64,000 nt of DNA from a virus. Below the pieces are notes generated by a model, which did not search any database, had not been told where the DNA came from, and was given only the letters and a program-made list of their open reading frames with translations. The position numbers and the translations under genes are program-made. The stretch lies in the IMG/VR virus record IMGVR_UViG_3300036770_006434, positions 126,672-190,671 of that record; one strand, given 5' to 3'. Below, one piece after another: positions 1 through 10,768 of the stretch (positions are counted from its first letter, which is position 1; every line of letters begins with the position of its first letter).

Positions 1-1
1 C

Positions 2-172
2 GTGGGGTGGTTCAGTCACGGTGCCGATAGCCCCGAGGCGTTCAAGGCGATTGACGAGGAGATGGCCAAGCAGCTGAATGCGGACAAGGTCAAGGAAGAC
101 GACGTGAAAGGTGAGCCCCTCGCCACGGAAGCCGAAGAGCCTGCCAAGCAGCCGGAAGCCCCGGCGGCTTAA
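2..172 (+). CDS. 3' end of hypothetical protein (partial; tail assembly chaperone position)
   Basis: Open frame from the window edge, VGWFSHGADSPEAF...EPAKQPEAPAA, TAA at 170-172; two genes upstream of the tape measure gene. Confidence 0.55.
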   Translation: MGWFSHGADSPEAFKAIDEEMAKQLNADKVKEDDVKGEPLATEAEEPAKQPEAPAA

Positions 173-1138
173 TTGCCCCGTGTGGACTCGCTGCGAAGAG
201 CATTCCGCGACATATCCGCTGGCTACACTCGCGGGACCATACTGGGCCGCCCGGCAGTCATAAAACACCTCTCGCACTCGGACCAGATTGATCTGGACGA
301 CAAGCGAGAGGAGTTCTATGAATTTGCGCGCTCTAACGGAGCAAAAACCGACGAAGAGCGGTTGAAGGAGGCTATCAAATCCGGCCAATGGTCCGGTGAA
401 AAAGAGCGGGAACTTGCCCGCGCCAAGACGTATATAGAGGAGCTGTATGAGGGTAAGAAAAAGAATGTGAACAACCCGTCCATGGTCAAGGCGTATATGG
501 ACAAAATTGAACAGGCCAAAAAGGAGTATGAACAGAAACAGATGGATAAGCGCATGGTTTTGGGTCGGACCTGCGAGGTATACGCGGAAGAAGAGATAAA
601 CGACTACTATATTCTATACAATCTGTTTAAGGATATAGACTTACGGATTCCACTATTCAGGGTGGAGGACTTGGATTACGTGCCGGAAAAGGACATGTCC
701 CAAATCTCCAACGACTACCGGAAAGCTATGGAACCGTGTTCCGACAAGGGGGTCAAAAAGCTGGCGATGCAGGGCTTTTTCCAACGTTATTTCCAGATTT
801 GCCAAGACGATTTTACCTCCTTTTTTGGTGTTCCAATCTGCCGGCTGACCTTCAATCAGGTAGACCTTATCCGTTGGGGCTCCCATTTTAAGGGACTCTA
901 CTCCAAGCACGACGTATCGAAGTGGCCGAAAAACGTATTGGATGATCCGGATTTGATGATAGAATACGCTTCTTCCGTGGATGAAAAAAGGCGGGAACTG
1001 GAGGAAAAGGGCGCAAATGACGCGGACACAATGGTAATTGGCATGAAAGATGAGGACGCCAAAGTAACGGGAGTAAAGTCCCATAACCCTATCCAGAAGA
1101 TAGCCAATATGGGAATGGACTTCTTTGGCAAGAAATAG
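173..1138 (+). CDS. Hypothetical protein, probable tail assembly chaperone
   Basis: 321-aa charged helical ORF immediately upstream of the tape measure gene; function inferred from synteny only; TTG start uncertain. Confidence 0.5.
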   Translation: MPRVDSLRRAFRDISAGYTRGTILGRPAVIKHLSHSDQIDLDDKREEFYEFARSNGAKTDEERLKEAIKSGQWSGEKERELARAKTYIEELYEGKKKNVNNPSMVKAYMDKIEQAKKEYEQKQMDKRMVLGRTCEVYAEEEINDYYILYNLFKDIDLRIPLFRVEDLDYVPEKDMSQISNDYRKAMEPCSDKGVKKLAMQGFFQRYFQICQDDFTSFFGVPICRLTFNQVDLIRWGSHFKGLYSKHDVSKWPKNVLDDPDLMIEYASSVDEKRRELEEKGANDADTMVIGMKDEDAKVTGVKSHNPIQKIANMGMDFFGKK

Positions 1139-1215
1139 TCCCTGATTCCGTGTAACAATACGGGAGAGAACTCTGTCACCGGAGTTCCCAAGGAATCCAA
1201 AGACCTTTTACCGGA

Positions 1216-4200
1216 ATGGCCGACCAAACCTCAGTCACGTTCAACTACGATCTCGCCCCGTCGGCGCAGGTGCAGTCCAAGCTGCAACGGCAGTTCAACG
1301 AGTTTGAGAAACGGCTGATCTTTAAGGGGCCGTTCGGTCAAATGAACCGAGAGGTGCGGACGTTCCAGTCCGAAATGGAACGCGCGAATCAGCGAGTAAT
1401 CACGCTGGGGGCCTCTTTTGCCGTCCTGTCTTCTTCGATCAGAATCCTGAAGGACATTGTTAGGTCCACGATTGAGGTAGAAAAGTCCCTCACCGATATC
1501 AATGCCGTTTTCGGGCTTTCCGCCCAGAATCTGGACAAATTCTCCAAAGACCTGTTCAATGTGGCGCGGAACACCAGCCAATCCTTTGACAAGGCCGCAG
1601 AAGCCGCAAAAGAGTTCTCCCGCCAAGGTCTGTCGGCAGAAGAGACGTTAAAGAGAACGAGGGACGCCCTGATTCTCACGCGTCTCGCCAATCTGGACGT
1701 GTCCAAGTCCGTAGACGTTCTTACGGCCTCCATCAACGGGTTCCAGAAGAGCGCGCTGAACTCCACGGAGATCATTAACAAGCTGGCCACGGTTGACGCC
1801 AAATTCGCGGTGTCATCCTCGGACCTTGCGGAAGCCCTCTCGCGTGCAGGTGCCGCCGCCTCGGACGCTGGCGTGTCCTTTGACCAATTGCTCGGTATCG
1901 TTACATCGGTCCAACAGACTACGGCGCGAGGCGGTTCCGTCATCGGTAACGCGCTGAAAACGATCTTCACCCGTGTCGAGCGCCGGGATACGATTGAGGC
2001 TTTTCGGTCTCTCGGCGTTGCAGTGGAAGACTCCAGCGGCCAAATCCTCGGGGCCATCCCGCTTTTGCAGAATTTCGCTAGGTCCTATGACAAACTGTCG
2101 GACTCAACCAAAAAGCAGGCGGCGGAACTGGTCGGCGGCGTTTACCAGATCAACATCCTGAAAGCGGCTTTGGGCGACTTGGCCCGCGCCAACGGTATCG
2201 CGGCTCAGGCCACCAGAACGGCGGCAGGAGCCACGGACGAGGCCATCGAACGTAACGAGGTCCTGAACAAGACTCTGGACGCGACTCTGACCCGCTTGGG
2301 AACGAGTTTCAAACAGATCGGCTCCAATATCGGCAGCCTGTCCTTTGCGAATCCGCTCAAAGACTTGTTGAACACCATTCAGGGTGGCGGCATCATGAAG
2401 GCTCTGGAAGACGCTTCCGGCGGGGCTGAGACTGCCGGTGGAAAAGTCGCGCAAATGTTTCTGTCCGGATTTGGTGCGGCCATAACCTACGGACTTGCGC
2501 CCCTTCTGGCTTTTGGCGTCGGCAGAATCGTAACGGGAACATTCAAAAATCTATTCAAGGACGCAAAAGAAATCACGTTTCTAAACAAGGAGGCGTCCAC
2601 TCAGGCCCAGATACAAAACCAGCTGGTCGGTCTTTATCGCGCTGGCGGAGCAGCACTACAGCAACAGCTCTCCACCATGTCTACCATGACGGAGAAGGCC
2701 GCTTACCTGAACACGCTCATGCGGAGCAGTTCTGCGGCGGTAGTTTCCCCAAGGAGAATGGCGCAGTTCATGGCTAAGGGCGTCCCGCGCTCGGCTGGCG
2801 GCTACATTCCCATGGGAGAAGAATCCGCCGCCATTGCTGCGGGGGTCGGCGGTGCGCCGGCAGGAGCCAGACCCGTTTATCTGCCGTCCTTCAATCGCGG
2901 CGGCGGTCAACGCGGGATTGTAGCGAATACCAGTGAGTTTATCGTGCCCGGTGCGGCGGGCGGTGCAATTTTCAATCGGGAAATGATCCAGAAATATGGG
3001 CTTCCGCCCGGCAGCACTCCGGTGGCGGCGGGTGGGTATATTCCGAATGCCGCAGAAGGAGTTATCAAAACACATGTCGATTACTCTAGCTTTAGATCAT
3101 CGCGTGGAACATTTGTTAGCAAAGAATCAATCGCCCAAATTGATGATTTGCTCAAGGCAATAACCAAAGCGGGTAGCGGACAAGAAGCTCGCCAACTTGG
3201 CAAAGGCGTAATTGATCTAGCGGAAGGTCTGAACAGAATGTCAAAAGGAAAAGTTTGGGAAGAACTTGGGCGTATTTACACTTTGTTTGATCGAGGATAC
3301 TATGGCGGAACTCCTGCCGGTCCCGGCCAGTTGCCCGACATGCCAAGCTCGCCAAGAGGAACCGGGGTGGGAGCACCGTTTACAGCCATTCCATATATGC
3401 CTCAAGTATATGCAGAAAAATATTTTAAGAAAAATTTTTCATCTCTTCGATTAAAGGATTTGTCTTATGCTTCTGGACTATTTGATCTTACTTCCGATTC
3501 TGGAGATAGGTTTCTGGCCGAGCAGATCGGAAGACGATCTTCCAATTTTAACGCATTAAATAAAAATGGAAATATTCAAGGTCTAGCCTTGGCGGACGCC
3601 ATTACGGCATCCCGTGGCTTGGCATATGGAACCACGTTAACGGATCAATTCAATCAGACGGTTCAAGCATCAATCCAATCTGGAAAAGGAATTTTAACCG
3701 CCTATAGAGAAGCGATTCAACAACTAACCACCGAAACAACGAATCGAAAACAAATAAATTCAATTATTCGCAAATCAATTCCGACAAATGTCGCTTTTGA
3801 AAAGGAGCGCGGAGAATCGTTGGCACTTGCAAGGCTTGAAAACAAATCCATAAAAGGTTCTATTTCTAGGCAGGCCATTTTGAACGCAGCGGTCCAAAGA
3901 GTCGAAGGCGGCGCAAGGCTTTCCGATTTGACCCCTCAGCAAAGAGGGCTATTTATTTCCGGCCTGCGCCAAAAGGCCGCGAATGACCTCGGGTTTGGCG
4001 GCCAAGACATTTCCACCGTTTTAAGAGACAAAGACGCCAGATCGCAGATCAACCAAATTGTTTCAAGGGAAATGGCGGTCATAAACTCACAGCCAAGAGA
4101 GATTCCGCCCCTTCTTTCTGGTCGTGGCAAGACCTCGTCTTTCCTTCAAAGAGCCATGGGCAGACTCAATTCTCCCTCGGGTTCTCTGGCCTTGGCTCTT

Positions 4201-7200
4201 GGGCCGTCATTTGCGGCGGGACTAATACCCGAAGGCAGTGGTGGAACCACGTCTGGAATGGGATTTGGTGCCCTTAAAGGTGGTCTGAGTGGAGCGGGAG
4301 TCGGTGCCGGTATAGGCTCTTTCATCCCCGGAATCGGAACCGCCGCTGGCGCTGGTATCGGTGGTGCCATCGGCTCTGCTTATGGCTTCCTGTCTAAATT
4401 CAGAGAATCTTTTGAAGAACTGTCCACAAGACTGGAAGAGTCTACGAAAGAAGTGACGCAGGAATTTGACAATACCGCCAAAATCATCAGGCTGAGAGGG
4501 GAGGCTAGCCGCGCCCGCGCCGAAGGAAGAGAAAGAGACGCTTATGCAGCGGAAAACGAGGCTGCCGATCTTGTCCGAGGGACTAGAAACCAGAAATACA
4601 TGGACTTTTTGGGGAAGAATCGTTTTAACCCCAATTTGGAATCTGATTTTGCAGAGTTTGGCGGCGCAGAAGTTGAATCCAATTTCTTGCGCAAACAGAT
4701 GCTTTATGCGGGAAAACTGGGGGAAAAGCCCCTAATACCTTTTGAATCTATGCTTTCAAAAGGCGGCCTTGGAATGGCGTTAGGCTCTATTATCCCCGGA
4801 ATAGGACCGTCTCTTGGTGCTGGAATAGGCGGTATGGTTGGATCGGGTTATATTGATAAGTTTCTGCCAAAAGAATATACAAAACAGCCATTTGAGGAGT
4901 CTGCCGCAGAAGAAGCGTCCAAAGGATTGCGACAAATCGTAAAACAGCTACCCAACATTGTTTTGGCGAATCTTCAGACCAAAGCGGCATCTGACCCGTT
5001 AGGCGCTATGGCCCTCATCGCTGGGATGAGCGGCATGCAGGGTTCGGAGGTCAAAGCACTGATGTCAAATGTGAACCCCGATTTCGCCAGAAGCGCGGTA
5101 ATTGGAGCCACATCTCAGGCCATCCGTGGTAACCTGAACGTCCAACAAAATGCCACCCCCAATCAGGCATATAGAGATTTGAACCAAGCTCAGATTACCG
5201 AAATGGTGATATCCCGCAAAATGAGGGCTTCACTATCCGATCTTTCGTTCTCTTCTGGCAACCAAATCGAGCAAAACAGACAGAGACTTTTGCTTGGCAA
5301 AGAATACCTCTCCGATTCGGACAGATTGACGATGGAGAGAAATTACGGTCAAGCCAACATAGAGAGAGAAACCGCGCAAAAACGCAAGACTCTTGTCACG
5401 GGTGGAATTGCGGACCTATTTTCGCAACTTGGACAACAAAACGTTCTTGATCCAAAGGTTTTTTCAAGAATTGGGTCAATAGAGAGGTCAAGAGACCCGT
5501 TGAATGAATTGCTGAAACTACAGTCGGTTCTTTCAAATTCTCAAAAACCGTCTGATTTAGCTGGGGTATACACCAAAGAATTCATGAACCAACTCGGCGA
5601 AATGATTCAAAGCATCAAAGTTTTGAATGAAACCGAAAAACTGAACATCAAAGTCAATAACGAAACCAACGCTTTGATGCAGAAAGATTTGGCGGAGAAA
5701 AAGACGTTTGAATACGCGGTTCAAATGGGCAGAAAGCGCGGCGATGACGCTAGGGAAGCAGTTGCCTTGGCGATGAGGCAGGGAGAGCTTAGCTCCGTTA
5801 TTGAAAACAATATATTGAATGAGGACGAGACAGAATACCGCAACTCTCTAAGGGAGGGCAAATCTGGCTTTAGCGAATCTGGGCTATTCTCTTTGTTGGC
5901 GTCCAACTCGAAAAGGAGAAGCATTCTGTCGTCAAGAGAGTCCGATAGCGCCATAATCAATGCGTATAAAGAAAACCCAAGTCTTTTCTCTGGGTCCGAA
6001 ATCGGTTCGTCCATTTTTGGCGACGCAAAGGAAAGGGGCAGACTTGGCAAAACTCAAGGCTCCTTCCTCGGCGGCTTCCGTTCCGTCATAGAAGGTGCCA
6101 AACGCGACCTTCTGGACTTCTCGGAAATCGGTGCCCAAGTCGCGAATTCCCTGCAATCCAATCTGACCAGTTTTTGGACCGATTTCGCGACCGGCGCTAT
6201 CAGCGGAAAAAACGCCTTCCGCAGTTTCGCGGCTTCAGTTCTGACGGACGCCTCCCGGATGCTGGCCTCCAAAGCGTTTTCGGCGGTTCTGTCATCTATC
6301 CCCGGGTTCGGTCTCTCTTCCGGCGGTCGCGTCGGCTTTGCGGCTGGCGGCATGGTCCCGGCAATGCTGACCGGCGGCGAATACGTGTTCGGCCCCAAAG
6401 CGGTTCAACAGATTGGGCCGGAAACCCTCCGCCGCCTGAATGGCTACGCGAACGGCGGCATGGTGCGCGGCGGTTCCGGCGTGCGTGATGACGTGCCGGC
6501 GGACTTGCCGACGGGTTCTTTTGTCATCAAAAAGAGTTCGGCCCAACGCCTTGGCAGCGGTTACCTGAACGCTTTGGCGGAGGGTAAGGTCCAAAACAGG
6601 TTCTTGGGCGGCCTCATGAGCACGGCTCTTGGCGGTGCCTTGACTGGCGGCGTCCTTGGCGGCGGTCTCGGCTATCTGGTCGGCGGCAAGAAGGGGGCAA
6701 TCGGCGGCGCTCTACTTGGCGCAATCGGCGGCGGCTTATATGGGTATAACAGCGGCCAAATGTCAGCCGGAATGCAGGCGTATGGGCTGCAAAACGAAGT
6801 GGCTGGACTCAGCGTAGGGACTAAGGCGATGCTGGGTATCGGCGCTTCCGCAGGTCTCGGTCTCCTTGCCGGCGGTATCTCGTCAAAGGGACTAAAGAAG
6901 GAGTCCTCTTACATTTCCGAAGATCAGGTCCCGGCCCTTCGCGCGCAACTGGAGCAGAACCAGCTGGCGGGGCGGAAAGCTGGCCAACAAGTTTTCCTGC
7001 AAATCAACCCGCAGGGCGGCTACTCTCTGGCCGGATTTGACAGTGCCCCCGCTACCCGGCGCTGGGCAAATGGCGGGGGAGTCGATCTCCCGATGTCATC
7101 CGGCCCAAGTTCCCCGATGTTCCAAGGTTTTTCCGAGGGTGGCGAGGTCGGCATTCCGATGTCCGTCGGATCATCTTCCCCCTCTGTTTCCAGCTCCCCT

Positions 7201-7404
7201 TCCGTAGACCAGCAAGTCTACGTCAAAATCGAGATCAACAACCAAGGCGGCGTGTCTTCTTCTTCCAAGTCCGGCGGCGGCGGCATGGACTCCCAAGCGG
7301 CGGGCAGACTGGAGAAGTTGGTCCGTGGATGGACACAGGACGAGCTGGTCCGCCAGAGCCGCTCGGACGGGTTCTTTACCCAACGCTCCAGATATATACA
7401 GTAA
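1216..7404 (+). CDS. Tail tape measure protein (TP901-family core)
   Basis: 2062 aa; N-terminal Ala-rich helical core (VEKSLTDINAVFG...AAEAAKEFSRQG...GNALKTIFTR); Gly-rich TM-like segments; C-terminal GGxV/GGEYV motifs; followed by tail-tip genes. Confidence 0.95.
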   Translation: MADQTSVTFNYDLAPSAQVQSKLQRQFNEFEKRLIFKGPFGQMNREVRTFQSEMERANQRVITLGASFAVLSSSIRILKDIVRSTIEVEKSLTDINAVFGLSAQNLDKFSKDLFNVARNTSQSFDKAAEAAKEFSRQGLSAEETLKRTRDALILTRLANLDVSKSVDVLTASINGFQKSALNSTEIINKLATVDAKFAVSSSDLAEALSRAGAAASDAGVSFDQLLGIVTSVQQTTARGGSVIGNALKTIFTRVERRDTIEAFRSLGVAVEDSSGQILGAIPLLQNFARSYDKLSDSTKKQAAELVGGVYQINILKAALGDLARANGIAAQATRTAAGATDEAIERNEVLNKTLDATLTRLGTSFKQIGSNIGSLSFANPLKDLLNTIQGGGIMKALEDASGGAETAGGKVAQMFLSGFGAAITYGLAPLLAFGVGRIVTGTFKNLFKDAKEITFLNKEASTQAQIQNQLVGLYRAGGAALQQQLSTMSTMTEKAAYLNTLMRSSSAAVVSPRRMAQFMAKGVPRSAGGYIPMGEESAAIAAGVGGAPAGARPVYLPSFNRGGGQRGIVANTSEFIVPGAAGGAIFNREMIQKYGLPPGSTPVAAGGYIPNAAEGVIKTHVDYSSFRSSRGTFVSKESIAQIDDLLKAITKAGSGQEARQLGKGVIDLAEGLNRMSKGKVWEELGRIYTLFDRGYYGGTPAGPGQLPDMPSSPRGTGVGAPFTAIPYMPQVYAEKYFKKNFSSLRLKDLSYASGLFDLTSDSGDRFLAEQIGRRSSNFNALNKNGNIQGLALADAITASRGLAYGTTLTDQFNQTVQASIQSGKGILTAYREAIQQLTTETTNRKQINSIIRKSIPTNVAFEKERGESLALARLENKSIKGSISRQAILNAAVQRVEGGARLSDLTPQQRGLFISGLRQKAANDLGFGGQDISTVLRDKDARSQINQIVSREMAVINSQPREIPPLLSGRGKTSSFLQRAMGRLNSPSGSLALALGPSFAAGLIPEGSGGTTSGMGFGALKGGLSGAGVGAGIGSFIPGIGTAAGAGIGGAIGSAYGFLSKFRESFEELSTRLEESTKEVTQEFDNTAKIIRLRGEASRARAEGRERDAYAAENEAADLVRGTRNQKYMDFLGKNRFNPNLESDFAEFGGAEVESNFLRKQMLYAGKLGEKPLIPFESMLSKGGLGMALGSIIPGIGPSLGAGIGGMVGSGYIDKFLPKEYTKQPFEESAAEEASKGLRQIVKQLPNIVLANLQTKAASDPLGAMALIAGMSGMQGSEVKALMSNVNPDFARSAVIGATSQAIRGNLNVQQNATPNQAYRDLNQAQITEMVISRKMRASLSDLSFSSGNQIEQNRQRLLLGKEYLSDSDRLTMERNYGQANIERETAQKRKTLVTGGIADLFSQLGQQNVLDPKVFSRIGSIERSRDPLNELLKLQSVLSNSQKPSDLAGVYTKEFMNQLGEMIQSIKVLNETEKLNIKVNNETNALMQKDLAEKKTFEYAVQMGRKRGDDAREAVALAMRQGELSSVIENNILNEDETEYRNSLREGKSGFSESGLFSLLASNSKRRSILSSRESDSAIINAYKENPSLFSGSEIGSSIFGDAKERGRLGKTQGSFLGGFRSVIEGAKRDLLDFSEIGAQVANSLQSNLTSFWTDFATGAISGKNAFRSFAASVLTDASRMLASKAFSAVLSSIPGFGLSSGGRVGFAAGGMVPAMLTGGEYVFGPKAVQQIGPETLRRLNGYANGGMVRGGSGVRDDVPADLPTGSFVIKKSSAQRLGSGYLNALAEGKVQNRFLGGLMSTALGGALTGGVLGGGLGYLVGGKKGAIGGALLGAIGGGLYGYNSGQMSAGMQAYGLQNEVAGLSVGTKAMLGIGASAGLGLLAGGISSKGLKKESSYISEDQVPALRAQLEQNQLAGRKAGQQVFLQINPQGGYSLAGFDSAPATRRWANGGGVDLPMSSGPSSPMFQGFSEGGEVGIPMSVGSSSPSVSSSPSVDQQVYVKIEINNQGGVSSSSKSGGGGMDSQAAGRLEKLVRGWTQDELVRQSRSDGFFTQRSRYIQ

Positions 7405-7410
7405 ATCCAC

Positions 7411-8163
7411 ATGTCTGTTCAATATTCCATCGCCCCTTTCAACTCTACCCTGACGTATAAGAAATACGACGTGGTGTATGGCATATACATAGGGTCCACC
7501 ATCCATTCTTCGCCTTATTTCTATGCCACATCCGACGTGGCGGCAGGCTACAGCCCGTCCGGCGTATACAACTACCCGATCACGCAATTCTCGCGCTCAG
7601 AGGATGTTACAACTCTGACATACTCCCACACCGGCGGCCCGGCCTTCGGGGTGGGTTCCATCATCAAGGTGACCGGCATGGCGAATACCACCGTCAATTT
7701 TACCGGTATGGTGATGCAGGGCGGTTCCGGCACCATTTCCTTTGTAAATCCCGGATGGCCGGAAACGACAGCTACCAGTATCGGGGCCATCAACTGCCTG
7801 TCGCCCGCTTGGACGACTGGGTTCATGCATATCCCGGACTACACAACAAATGTAGACACCGAAAATCCCACGATTGTGTCGCAAATGGGAGGAGGCTACT
7901 CCCAACGAATTTCGCAGGGAATCAACACCTTCAATCAAGGCATCAATCTGGTTTTCCGCAATATCGGACCCCAGCAGACGAAGGCCATCAATAACTTCAT
8001 CCAAGACAAACAGGGGGTCTACCCCTTTGATATCCTATTAAACGACCAGTTTCTGAATAATCAACCGAACCAGAAGTATGTGGGCTCCAATGTGAAGATT
8101 GAGCCAGCGTCCTTCAAGTTATACAACGTGTCGGTTCAGGTGAACCGCGTGTTTGACCTCTAA
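7411..8163 (+). CDS. Minor tail protein (lambda gpM-like C-terminal half)
   Basis: Between tape measure and gpL; C-terminal VSQMGGGYSQRISQGIN...INNFIQDKQGVYPF resembles gpM/distal-tail proteins. Confidence 0.7.
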   Translation: MSVQYSIAPFNSTLTYKKYDVVYGIYIGSTIHSSPYFYATSDVAAGYSPSGVYNYPITQFSRSEDVTTLTYSHTGGPAFGVGSIIKVTGMANTTVNFTGMVMQGGSGTISFVNPGWPETTATSIGAINCLSPAWTTGFMHIPDYTTNVDTENPTIVSQMGGGYSQRISQGINTFNQGINLVFRNIGPQQTKAINNFIQDKQGVYPFDILLNDQFLNNQPNQKYVGSNVKIEPASFKLYNVSVQVNRVFDL

Positions 8164-8168
8164 TCTAT

Positions 8169-9095
8169 ATGCTGTCAATAGGACAAAAGTTTTCAGAAGA
8201 AAATAAACCAAATTCAACACACAAAAGCCCCGCTATTTACATAGCAACAAACTCTGTAAATGGTAAAATATACGTTGGTAGCACAAAGAGTTTCGAGAGA
8301 AGATTCGCGGGTCATAGATGCATAATGAGAAGGCCGCATGACGCGTCCACCGCTTTTGAATATGCGATTGTAAAATATGGGTTTTCTGCTTTTGTTTTTG
8401 AGATAGTCGAAATTCCGGTTGAGGAAAAAAGGTTTGAAAGAGAGCAGTTTTGGATTGATAAAATGCAGCCTTTTAGAGAAAAAGGATACAATTTATTAAA
8501 AACTACAAAATACATACCCAATAATTGCAAAAAACCAATGTCAGAAGAGGCCCGTAAAAAAATGATAGAAACGAGCAGAAGGACTGGCCTAAAATATGCC
8601 GAAGAAACCAGAAAAAGAACAAGCAAGCCAGTTTATCAAATAGACCCCGAAACCAAGTTGATAATTAGCGAATACCCTTCAGCAATAGCGGCAGACATTG
8701 CAATCGGATCACCCACTTCTTCCGTTAACAACGCGTGTAGAAAGGGACGTAAAGTAAAGGGTTTTTTTTGGGTTTACAAAAAAGATTACGACTCAGGAAA
8801 CTATTCAATCCGACCAAAAAGAAAGATAAATCTTTGCGCCTCTTTTTACAAAAGCATAAAACCAATTGTAATGATGGACATGGATGGTAATGAAATAGCC
8901 TATTGGGATTCAGCCCAAGACATTTTGGAGGTAATGGGATTTGTTCAAAGCCCTATTTTAAAATGTTGCCGTGGAGAGAGGAATAAAAGCTATGGATATA
9001 CATGGAAATTTGTCCAAGATCAAGCGGCTATAGATTCGATAAAAAAGAAAAGAAAAACGGTATACGAAAGAAACAAGTTTGAAATTTTAGAATAA
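8169..9095 (+). CDS. Free-standing GIY-YIG homing endonuclease with NUMOD3 and two NUMOD1-like repeats
   Basis: AIYIATNSVNGKIYVGSTKSFERRFAGH motif; KPMSEEARKKM; two KPV/I...W repeats; much more AT-rich than flanking genes. Confidence 0.9.
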   Translation: MLSIGQKFSEENKPNSTHKSPAIYIATNSVNGKIYVGSTKSFERRFAGHRCIMRRPHDASTAFEYAIVKYGFSAFVFEIVEIPVEEKRFEREQFWIDKMQPFREKGYNLLKTTKYIPNNCKKPMSEEARKKMIETSRRTGLKYAEETRKRTSKPVYQIDPETKLIISEYPSAIAADIAIGSPTSSVNNACRKGRKVKGFFWVYKKDYDSGNYSIRPKRKINLCASFYKSIKPIVMMDMDGNEIAYWDSAQDILEVMGFVQSPILKCCRGERNKSYGYTWKFVQDQAAIDSIKKKRKTVYERNKFEILE

Positions 9096-9096
9096 A

Positions 9097-10017
9097 ATGC
9101 CACAAGAAAAAATATTAGCAGAGTCATATTCTTTTACGCCAAGCGCTCTGATTGAGCTGTTTGAGTTAAATGGCACAAGCGTCGGGCTATCAACTATTTA
9201 TAGATTTGTAAATTCAAGTTCCAGCAGTTTTCAATCTGTTGTTTTTGATGGCGAAACATATATGCCTTTTCCCATAATGATGGAAAATGTCGATAGCGAT
9301 TCCAAGGGAAGTCTGCCACGTCCGCGTCTCTCGGTATCCAACATCAACGGATTCGTTTCCAATCTCCTTTTACTGAATACCAATTCCTTGGACGGCGCGA
9401 CGGTTACCAGAAGGCGAGTCTTCGCCCGTTTTCTGGATGCGTCCAACTACCCGACACCAACCCCGATCTGGGTCACACCCGATACGACCGCCGCCTTCCC
9501 GGACGAACCGTTTATCATCAACCGAAAGGTCCTTGAAAACCCGCAGGTAGTCCAGTGGGAGTTGGCCAGTCCGTTGGAGGCGAATAATGCGAGATTGCCC
9601 AGACGCCAACTGATTGCAAATGTCTGCACTTGGAAATACCGCCAAAGCGGGACCTGTAACTACTCTGGTGCTCCGGTGTCGGATGTCGCAAATAGAGCGT
9701 TTGAAGGAACGTTTTACAATATGACGTTTGCTCCGACAAATGATAAAGGGGAATATGATTCCGCAACCACTTACGACCGAGGCGATTACGTGTATACGAC
9801 ATCCAATTTGCCGCAATTCAGCGGCATCCAAGTCTATTGGGTCTGTCTAGTGGACGGAACCAACGGCGTAGCCCCCGCCACGAATAGCCCCAACTGGCAG
9901 GCGGACCAGTGCTCCAAGTCCTCGGCGGCCTGTAAGCTGAGGTTCACCGATACCCCTCTCAGGACCTCGGCCATGCCCGGCGTCTCGCGCGCGGATTGGA
10001 TTTTGCAGCGTCGGTAA
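9097..10017 (+). CDS. Minor tail protein L (lambda gpL-like)
   Basis: IELFELNG, PRPRLSVSN, VTRRRVFARFLDASN, C-terminal Cys set (NVCTWKYR...C...DQCSKSSAACKLRF). Confidence 0.9.
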   Translation: MPQEKILAESYSFTPSALIELFELNGTSVGLSTIYRFVNSSSSSFQSVVFDGETYMPFPIMMENVDSDSKGSLPRPRLSVSNINGFVSNLLLLNTNSLDGATVTRRRVFARFLDASNYPTPTPIWVTPDTTAAFPDEPFIINRKVLENPQVVQWELASPLEANNARLPRRQLIANVCTWKYRQSGTCNYSGAPVSDVANRAFEGTFYNMTFAPTNDKGEYDSATTYDRGDYVYTTSNLPQFSGIQVYWVCLVDGTNGVAPATNSPNWQADQCSKSSAACKLRFTDTPLRTSAMPGVSRADWILQRR

Positions 10018-10018
10018 T

Positions 10019-10717
10019 ATGCACCCCAAGATAAAGGCGGACATCATTGGGTTGGCCAAGGCGGAGCCAGACCGCGAGGTGTGCGGATTCATATATGTGG
10101 ACGCTCAAAACGAGGCGGCCATTCTGCCGTGCGCCAATATTGCCGCGAATCCGACAGAAGAGTTCCTTATATCTGACGAAGACCACATGCGGGCGATGGG
10201 ATACAAAAGAATCCTCGGCGTTTACCACTCTCACCCCAATTCCCCGGGGTTCTCGCCGGAAGATTTGGGGTGTGCCGAAGCCATGGGCGTGCCTTTCTAC
10301 CTGTATTGCGTCAAATCAGAGACTTGGCAATCGTATCTGCCGGAATCCTACGATCCCCCGCTGGCCGGAAGACAATTTGTCGTGGGATTCGAGGACTGCT
10401 ACGAGTTGGTTCGGTTGTATTTCCGGCAAAAAGGCCACCACATGAACGATTATGACAGGGACCGGACCTTAAACCTGAAGGACCTGATACTGGACAGGTT
10501 TCAGGTAGAGGGATTTACGGAAATCCCTGTGAATCAAGCCACTTATGGAGACGTATTCATGTTCAAGTCAGATCGGGTTTTGTCCAATCACTTCGGCATT
10601 CTGATAGGTCCGTCCAAGATGTTGCACCACCCTATTGGCGGCCTATCCTGCGAAGAAATGGTGACGGACCGCTGGCTTTCCAGACTTACCCACGTTTTCC
10701 GACTAAAACAGGGCTGA
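10019..10717 (+). CDS. Tail assembly protein K (JAB/MPN plus NlpC/P60)
   Basis: EVCGFI...YHSHPNSPGFSPED JAMM motif; GFEDCYELVR...NHFGI...MLHH NlpC/P60 Cys-His motif. Confidence 0.9.
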   Translation: MHPKIKADIIGLAKAEPDREVCGFIYVDAQNEAAILPCANIAANPTEEFLISDEDHMRAMGYKRILGVYHSHPNSPGFSPEDLGCAEAMGVPFYLYCVKSETWQSYLPESYDPPLAGRQFVVGFEDCYELVRLYFRQKGHHMNDYDRDRTLNLKDLILDRFQVEGFTEIPVNQATYGDVFMFKSDRVLSNHFGILIGPSKMLHHPIGGLSCEEMVTDRWLSRLTHVFRLKQG

Positions 10718-10768
10718 TTTTTGTGTAACCCCAAGGGTCGGCACCAAATCGGTTCCGACGGAGCGGAA

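Noticed and set aside
2-1138. Programmed frameshift or read-through linking the two pre-TMP ORFs
   Set aside because: They are in the same frame separated by TAA, and no slippery heptamer is visible in the part within the window
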